64,000 bases of DNA. Source: Candidatus Entotheonellaceae bacterium (lineage in GTDB: Bacteria; Tectomicrobia; Entotheonellia; Entotheonellales; Entotheonellaceae). The stretch is from contig OZ250173.1 in NCBI GenBank assembly GCA_965238075.1, positions 2,016,001 to 2,080,000 of the forward strand, in the 5' to 3' direction. Made by a program: the position numbers and the translations under genes. The notes below the pieces were generated by a model. The model was not told where the DNA came from. It worked only from the letters and a program-made list of their open reading frames with translations, and searched no databases. Positions 57,891-64,000 of the stretch are shown piece by piece. The stretch's first letter is position 1; every line of letters starts with the position of its first letter.

Positions 57891-59234
57891 ATGACCAGCG
57901 TCTTTCTCGCTGATTGGATTTCCGGCCTGAGCTTCGAAGCCCTGCCGCGCCGCGTCCGCAGCCGCGCCAAGCTGGCCGTGTTCGATGCTTGCGGCACCGC
58001 GCTGGCCGGCACGCACCACCCGGCAACGCAGCACGTGCGGCGCCTGATCGCGGACATGGATTCGGCGCCGCAGGTTCGCGTCATCGGCGACCCGTCGCTG
58101 CGCGTGAGTCAGCTCGACGCCGCCTGGCTGCTGGGCACCATGACGGACGCCTATCTCTACAGCGACGTTCATGTTCCCAGCGGCGGGCATTTCACCTCGG
58201 TTCTGCTGCCGGTTCTGCTGGCTGTGAGCGAGGTCCGAGAGGTCAGTGGGCCGGAAGCGCTGACGGCGTACGTCGCCGGCTACGAGGTTGCGGCGCGGCT
58301 GGCGGCGGCTGTGGATTCCGACCGGCAGCGTGGGCACATGACCGCCGTTGCCGGAACGATGGGCGCGGCGGCAGCCGCGGGACGGTTGCTGGGCCTGTCG
58401 CCCGAGCAGTTGCGTCATGCCTTTGTGATGACCGCGGCTGAGACGACCGGCGGCGATGACTCGGAGATGCAGAGCGGCCAGGCGGCGCGCAGCGGGCTGC
58501 TCTGCGCCTTGCAGGCGGGTCAGGACTTCAACAGCGGCGACGTGAAGGCCGGCGGGGAACTCGCAGCTTGGCTGGCGCTTTTTGAGGATGGGTCATTTCA
58601 GACCGACAGGGTGCTGAAAAGCTGGGGCGACGATTTCGCGCTGGACCGCGCCGAGTTGCACTTCAAGCTGTACCCGACTGACATCGCTGCGCATGGCTTC
58701 ATCGACGCCGCGCTGGCGCTGCATCAACAGGGCATCGAGCCCGATCAGGTGCGGCGTCTCGTTTGCCGGGTGAATCCGTCCGCGGTGCCGGCCCTGTCCT
58801 TTGCGCCCGCCAATCTGCAGCAGGCGCAGCGCAGCCTGCCGTATGCCGTCGCGGTGGCCTTGTGCGACGGCCGGGTGGGCTTGCCGCAGTTCAACCCCTC
58901 CCGCGTGTCGGCTGACGAGGTGCAAGCCCTGATGGGGCGCGTCGAGGTGGAGCAGGACGCATCTTTGGAGATGCCGGACGGTTCCGATTCCCCTGCCGTT
59001 TTGCGAGCCGACCTCAACGACGGTCGCAGCCTGATCGAGACCGTCGAACACGCCCGCGGCAGCCCGCAGCGACCCCCGACGCGTCCCGAGTTCGAGGCCA
59101 AGTTTCGCCAGTGCGCCGCTGCCGTGCTGTCAACCGAGCGGACGCTGCTCGCGGCGCGCTGCCTGTATCATCTCGACACCCTGCCGGACCTGCGCAGCCT
59201 GGTGGACATCCTCAGTACGGTGCCGCGCTCCTGA
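57891..59234 (+). CDS. MmgE/PrpD-family protein (divergent)
   Basis: D.CG.ALAG, AYVAGYEV, FKLYP, SLPY.VA.AL.DG, RGSP..P...EAKFR. Confidence 0.8.
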   Translation: MTSVFLADWISGLSFEALPRRVRSRAKLAVFDACGTALAGTHHPATQHVRRLIADMDSAPQVRVIGDPSLRVSQLDAAWLLGTMTDAYLYSDVHVPSGGHFTSVLLPVLLAVSEVREVSGPEALTAYVAGYEVAARLAAAVDSDRQRGHMTAVAGTMGAAAAAGRLLGLSPEQLRHAFVMTAAETTGGDDSEMQSGQAARSGLLCALQAGQDFNSGDVKAGGELAAWLALFEDGSFQTDRVLKSWGDDFALDRAELHFKLYPTDIAAHGFIDAALALHQQGIEPDQVRRLVCRVNPSAVPALSFAPANLQQAQRSLPYAVAVALCDGRVGLPQFNPSRVSADEVQALMGRVEVEQDASLEMPDGSDSPAVLRADLNDGRSLIETVEHARGSPQRPPTRPEFEAKFRQCAAAVLSTERTLLAARCLYHLDTLPDLRSLVDILSTVPRS

Positions 59235-59263
59235 GTCCCTATCCCCTTGAACTGGAGGTTAAG

Positions 59264-59713
59264 ATGGCAATCGACATTCCCTTTGGGCAGCCCGTTTCCG
59301 TGTTGTCCGACGATCCTGGAGACAGCGCCGAACGCGCCGTGCAGGCGTGGGCGGCCTTGGAGGCGGGTGAAATCGAGCCGGCGGCCTGCCGCGAACGGCT
59401 GAGCGCGATTGCGTCGGCGTATCCCGCCTCGTTGAGCGCCTGGGCGTCGCTTGGCGAGTTGGCGCTGTCCAATGACGTGGTCGCGGCGTACGCCTTTTTC
59501 CGCGTCGGTTATCACCGCGGTCTCGACCGCGCCCGTGCCAGCGGCTGGAACGGCACCCAGCAACTGCGCTGGCAGGACGAGCCCAACCGGCCGTTCCTGC
59601 GTTGCCTGAACGGCCTGCGGCAGGCCGCCGAGGCCATCGGCGAGACCGCGGAGGTGACGCGAATCAGTCATTTCCTGCGCGACCTCGACCCCGATCACCC
59701 GTTGGACTCGTAA
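59264..59713 (+). CDS. DUF3151-like protein
   Basis: AYAFFRVGYHRGLD..R.SGW.G..W..EPNRPFLR..AIGE..E..R. Confidence 0.8.
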   Translation: MAIDIPFGQPVSVLSDDPGDSAERAVQAWAALEAGEIEPAACRERLSAIASAYPASLSAWASLGELALSNDVVAAYAFFRVGYHRGLDRARASGWNGTQQLRWQDEPNRPFLRCLNGLRQAAEAIGETAEVTRISHFLRDLDPDHPLDS

Positions 59714-59750
59714 CGCACTGGCCCGCGCGCGAACGCCGAGGCGAGGCTTT

Positions 59751-60632
59751 ATGACGACCCTAGAGGATGTCATTCTGGCGCAGGACAGGCGGGGCGTTGC
59801 AGCCCTGCGTCCGTATCTTCCGACCGGCTTCTGTGAGGCGGCGGCGCGGTTTCTGCTGGCGCACACGGGAACGGTGCTGATTGCCACCGGCTTCTACGTG
59901 CAACGCGCCGACGCACCCGAAACCGATGGCCCACCGGGGGCGCTGGCTCTGGGGCGGGCCTTGGAAGCCTTGGGCAACCGGGTGGCGTACGTCAGCGACG
60001 CTTACACCGCACCTCTGCTGGCCGATTTGGCCCCCGACGACACGGAAACGGTGGATTTCCCCATCGCCGATGACGCCACGAGCCGTGAGGCTGCCCGCGA
60101 CCTGCTCGACCGCATTGCACCCACCGTTTTGATCGCCATCGAACGCTGCGGTCTCACCCGCAGCGGAACCTACCTGAACATGCGCGGCCAGGACATCTCC
60201 CCGCACACCGCCCGACTCGACCACCTTTTTCGGCAACATCCGCACAGCGTCGGCATCGGCGACGGCGGCAATGAAATCGGCATGGGAAACCTGGCAAGTC
60301 ACATTCCCGAGGTGGCCACCCTGCCTGACGAACCCACAGTCACCTGCGCGACCCACCTGGTCATCGCCAGCGTCGCCAACTGGGGGGCGTATGGCGTGGT
60401 GGCCGCGTTATCTCGCCTGGCAGGCCGCAATCTGCTGCCGCAGCCTGCCGACGAGTCGGCCTGCATCCGTCGATTGGTCTCATTGGGGGCGGTGGACGGC
60501 GTGACCGGCGTCGCCGACTGCACGGTGGACAGTTTCACCCTGTCCGAAAATACGGATGTTCTTGAGCGCCTTAACGGCATGTTGGAGGCGGAGGGGATAT
60601 GTCGGGAAGGGGAAGCGGGCCAGGGGCTGTAG
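59751..60632 (+). CDS. DUF4392 / D-glutamate-cyclase-like protein
   Basis: ETDGPPGA, IER.G, GIGDGGNEIGMG, SVANWG. Confidence 0.85.
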   Translation: MTTLEDVILAQDRRGVAALRPYLPTGFCEAAARFLLAHTGTVLIATGFYVQRADAPETDGPPGALALGRALEALGNRVAYVSDAYTAPLLADLAPDDTETVDFPIADDATSREAARDLLDRIAPTVLIAIERCGLTRSGTYLNMRGQDISPHTARLDHLFRQHPHSVGIGDGGNEIGMGNLASHIPEVATLPDEPTVTCATHLVIASVANWGAYGVVAALSRLAGRNLLPQPADESACIRRLVSLGAVDGVTGVADCTVDSFTLSENTDVLERLNGMLEAEGICREGEAGQGL

Positions 60633-60738
60633 CGGGGGGTAACTCTGGTTCTTTACTTTGTGAAGCATTGCTCGGCGTCCGGCGGATCAAGTCAGGTGGT
60701 CAAAGCAACCAGCGCATCCCAAGCAGACACGGCGTCTA

Positions 60739-60766
60739 ACTTCGGATAAGGGCGGTTATGTCGCTT
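60739..60766 (+). other. Xer/dif-like recombination site 1
   Basis: ACTTCGGATAA-GGGCGG-TTATGTCGCTT (11-6-11 layout). Confidence 0.6.
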
Positions 60767-61235
60767 TTGGCATACTTCCTGGGTATGCTGGAAGGGTGGC
60801 CTAAGCTGCTACTCTCTCGATTTCATATGTGGATAACGATCGTTGGGTGAAAAAAATCTTTGGTGGTGGATCAGGGTATTGGGCAATCAATTTGCGGACC
60901 TGTGACTTTATCTTGCTCTGTTTGGGGCAACGAAACCCGATCAATATCTCACGGAGTTCGCATTGCTCAAGTTCAGCAAAATACAGTTTTCCATCTAAAT
61001 TTTCCTTTCGAGACCATGCGCGCCATTCTTCTTCGTATTCCCAGTTATATGATTTAGTATGCATAAGGTCGAGAAGTTGATTACGAGCCTTTTTAAATGA
61101 ATTATTATTGAATCTTTCTATAAAACGTCTTGACTCTACATCATTTCTTAACAGTCTAATCAGATCAGTAAAATTTTCCATAGTAAATCTTTTTTGTTGG
61201 TATGAAACTTTCCTAAACTTATCTGTTCTAGTGAA

Positions 61236-62516
61236 GGGCGCCTCGAAAAATGACTCACTGGCGGGCAAAACTGGCGTGAGTGACTTTGCCGCGCCATGGC
61301 GACAGAGAATAAACGGCGGTTTGCGTGGTGATGTCGCTCCTCAACAGGAGCCATGGCGCCTTCAAAGAGGGCATCCGGCACCCCCCTGCGCCCTTTAGCG
61401 TGAATCCACCATCGCCAGACGTTGCAAGTGAACCAGGCGCCGCATGTTGTAGGCAAGGTTCTTAAGACCTATGCGCGCCCTCGCCCGTACAAGCCCCATG
61501 CTGCGAACCAGAGTCCCGCCCATGTCGTTGTGCTGCGCGCCGAAGACATGCTCTATCCGAGCCCGAAATCGGGAACGACTCTGGTTGCCCGCTTTCTCCC
61601 AATCGCGCAACGGGCGGTTGCGAGAAGCCTTGCGATGAATCCGACTCGTCAAGCCCCTGGCTTTCACCTTCGCTTCAGTGTCTTTCGACCGGTAGGCGCT
61701 GTCCGCCCAGACACCGCTTGCCGTGTTGTCCGACGCCAACAACTCCTCAAGCACTTGGCTGTCATGCACCGCTGCGTCCGTCACCCGGTAACGCCGTATC
61801 AGCTTGTGCCGACGGTCGATGTTGACGTGATTCTTGTAGCCATAGTGGCTCTTGCCGTGCTTCTTGGTCCAGCGCGCATCCCTGTCTTTTTGCCGACGCT
61901 TGGCCGGCTTGTCGGCCCAGGCCTCGGGTAGCTCACCGCGCTTGATCTGCTCATTGTCGTCACGACGATTGCGCTGGATGGGAACCGCGACAATCGAAGC
62001 ATCTATGATCTGACCACCCATTGCCTGGTAGCCCTGGTTTTTCAGGTAGCCGTCGAAATCCTCAAACAAGGCATCGATGAGGCCAGCCTGTGACAACTGC
62101 TCGCGGTAGAGCCACACGGTTTTGGCGTCCGGCACCTTGTCTTCAAGTGCCAGTCCCAAGAAGCGCACGAAGGACAGGCGGTCGTGATACTCGACTTGAT
62201 CATCCGACAGATTGTAGAGGGCGCACAAAATGATGGCTTTGAACATGACGATGGCATCCCACGGCTTGCACCCCGAATTGGACTTGCGCTTGTCGGCTGG
62301 CTTGCGCCAGACGTTCTCCAGGCGGCTGCGGAATGCTTCCCAAGGAACGACGGCATTGATTTTCACCAAGGGATCGTTCTTGGCATCCAGAGCGGCGTAG
62401 CGATTCTCGACATCGAAAAAGCCCATCTGAGACATGTTCAACTCCTCCGGCCTTGCTGGTTGACGTGTTTCAGTAATTCTAAACCATGTGGGAGATGGGT
62501 ATTATTAGAGATGCCC
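61236..62516 (-). mobile_element. IS5-family insertion sequence, 1281 bp
   Basis: Imperfect IRs GGGCGCCTCGAAAAAT / GGGCATCTCTAATAAT (12/16); 4-bp TGAA duplication at 61232-61235 and 62517-62520. Confidence 0.92.
61395..62435 (-). CDS. IS5-family DDE transposase
   Basis: DRLSF.RFLGL, IIDASIV, SHYGYK.H, WADSAY, RARIEHVF, NLAYN. Confidence 0.93.
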   Translation of the reverse strand: MSQMGFFDVENRYAALDAKNDPLVKINAVVPWEAFRSRLENVWRKPADKRKSNSGCKPWDAIVMFKAIILCALYNLSDDQVEYHDRLSFVRFLGLALEDKVPDAKTVWLYREQLSQAGLIDALFEDFDGYLKNQGYQAMGGQIIDASIVAVPIQRNRRDDNEQIKRGELPEAWADKPAKRRQKDRDARWTKKHGKSHYGYKNHVNIDRRHKLIRRYRVTDAAVHDSQVLEELLASDNTASGVWADSAYRSKDTEAKVKARGLTSRIHRKASRNRPLRDWEKAGNQSRSRFRARIEHVFGAQHNDMGGTLVRSMGLVRARARIGLKNLAYNMRRLVHLQRLAMVDSR

Positions 62517-62847
62517 TGAATTCATAACCGAGACACATGCCCATAAATTTGTCAGCATAATGTCCCCATAATGCAGGATTTTTATATGTCTCGCTAAAAC
62601 AGATCACGCCATAATCTGTCGCTAGACCCTTCTGGAATTTTAACACTCCCTTTTCAAACTCGCGATCGGGGAAGGCGATTGCTAAGAATTCGTAGGGATC
62701 GTTTGTCTTGTCCAGGTCGGAAATTTTCAGTCGGCTCCTTTCTATAGCCTGCAAGGCATGCTCTGTGCGCAGAAAATGATATAACCATTGTGTCTTCGGC
62801 ATCTACGTTCCTTCCCCTCCCGTGGAAATTTACGACTGGCCCTCCCA

Positions 62848-62876
62848 ACTTCCGATAAGACTATTATATGTAAACT
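62848..62876 (+). other. Xer/dif-like recombination site 2
   Basis: ACTTCCGATAA-GACTATT-ATATGTAAACT, one base longer than the canonical 28 bp. Confidence 0.65.
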
Positions 62877-63174
62877 TTCGCATGCGCTGAAACTCGTATA
62901 GATGCTGGCTTTGCGCGTTTCGGCGGATGCGCCGAGGCGACTTCCCCACCGGAAAGGGCGATTTTGGCCGTTTCCGGTGAAAGCGGTGGGGCGGCCATGA
63001 ACCTGAAGGGCTTTCCTGCACCCCTCAGTGGGGTATTCGTGGGAGTTTCGCGGCGTCGCGCTTCAAGACCGGACGCGGGTCGCAGACCCCAGCAGCAGCC
63101 CGGAAACGGCAGGGATTTCCCACTCCAGGGGTACAACGCCGCCGTCACGACAAGTAAGCGCACAGAGATGCCGC

Positions 63175-64000
63175 TCACGCCCAGGGCAGGAACACGGTGG
63201 CGCCTGTGGTCTCTCGCGCTTCGAGCGCCCGGTGTGCCTCGGCGGCCTCCGCGAGCGGATAGACGTGGTTCACGGCGGGCCGCACGACCCCCTGCGCGAG
63301 AACCTCGAATAGTTCTTCCCCGCTGCGCTCCAGGGCGTCGCGCGTCCCGAGGTAGTGCATGATCGCGGGACGGGTGAGAAAGAGCGATCCGCGCGCGCCG
63401 AGCTCGATGACGTCGACGGGATCGGGCGGGCCGGAGGCGTGGCCGTAGCTCGCCATCATGCCGAGCGGGCGCAGGCAATCGAGTGACCGGCGGAACGTGT
63501 CCTTGCCGATTGATTCGTAGACGACGGCGCAGCCTTCGCCGTTCGTCACTTCGCGGACGGTGGCGACGAAATCCCCCGCGCTGTGGATGACGACATGCTC
63601 CGCACCCGACGCACGCGCCTCCTCTGCTTTCGCCGCCGAGCTTACGGTGCCGATGACGGTCGCCCCGAGATGCCTCGCCCACTGGCAGAGGAGCAGACCC
63701 GTGGCACCCGCCGCGGCGTGGACGAGCACGACGTCGCCCCGCTCTACGCGGTACGTCCGCCGCACGAGGTATTGCACGGTCAGGCCCTTGAGCATCGAGG
63801 CGGCGAGGATGCGGTCGTCGAGATGGTCGAGGGAAGCCGGCACCTTGAGGAGATTCGCGGCGGGGTAGTTGCGTACTTGGCTGTAGGCCCCGTGGGGCGG
63901 TAGGGCATAGGCGACCCGGTCTCCCACCGCAAACCCGGTGACACCGGTTCCGGCTTCCTCGACGCGGCCGGCGCCTTCGAAGCCGAGCACGACCGGCAGC
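63175..64000 (-). CDS. qor: NADPH:quinone oxidoreductase (zeta-crystallin-like), 5'-truncated
   Basis: G.EGAG.V, LKGLT..YL, HAAAGATG, GHASG, SLFLTRP, EAH..LE.R.TTG. Confidence 0.9.
   Translation of the reverse strand, partial: LPVVLGFEGAGRVEEAGTGVTGFAVGDRVAYALPPHGAYSQVRNYPAANLLKVPASLDHLDDRILAASMLKGLTVQYLVRRTYRVERGDVVLVHAAAGATGLLLCQWARHLGATVIGTVSSAAKAEEARASGAEHVVIHSAGDFVATVREVTNGEGCAVVYESIGKDTFRRSLDCLRPLGMMASYGHASGPPDPVDVIELGARGSLFLTRPAIMHYLGTRDALERSGEELFEVLAQGVVRPAVNHVYPLAEAAEAHRALEARETTGATVFLPWA

Larger units (their letters stand above)
60801..62802 (-). pseudogene. DUF2971-like gene interrupted by an IS5-family element
   Basis: Removing the IS and one TGAA restores a 238-aa frame: NDPYE..ICFSE..LWGHYAD..G.CLGYEF|TRTDKFRKVSY..TKS..W.YEEEWR..EILIG. 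Confidence 0.85.

Noticed and set aside
62848-62876. Identification as the chromosomal dif/terminus
   Set aside because: The site is one base too long and GGGNAGGG motifs occur on both strands in the window; whole-genome skew is needed
62930-63140. Structured ncRNA in the hairpin-rich intergenic stretch
   Set aside because: Inverted repeats are present but no RNA family is recognisable, and GC-rich hairpins arise easily by chance

Overview
High-GC bacterial chromosomal region. The housekeeping backbone comprises an M16 peptidase, an ABC exporter pair, a Zn-ADH, an IDH-family enzyme, His6-type hisA, xseA-xseB-ispA-tlyA, a riboswitch-associated cobamide salvage/uptake cluster (cbiZ-cbiB-cobO, btuBFCD), cobB-alkA, panC, cvpA, an ABC-F protein and qor. 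It is interrupted by several small accessory islets, mostly defence- or TA-like. (1) An overlapping four-gene cassette (hypothetical, QatC/QueC-like gene with an internal deletion, XRE-ImmA/IrrE peptidase, PIN) bracketed by a diverged duplication of the hisA 3' end. (2) A Dsr1-like sirtuin apparently split into two translationally coupled genes and followed by a NYN nuclease. (3) An AT-rich DUF2971-like gene between two directly repeated Xer/dif-like sites, disrupted by an IS5-family element with a TGAA duplication. (4) A frameshifted Schlafen/AlbA_2 gene. (5) Two tandem secreted lactonase-like metallohydrolases ahead of a Gld-type ABC operon. Several small genes carry single nonsense lesions (hicA, brnA, yhhQ-like). 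No rRNA, tRNA or CRISPR array was seen. All family assignments come from reading motifs by eye; no searches were run.
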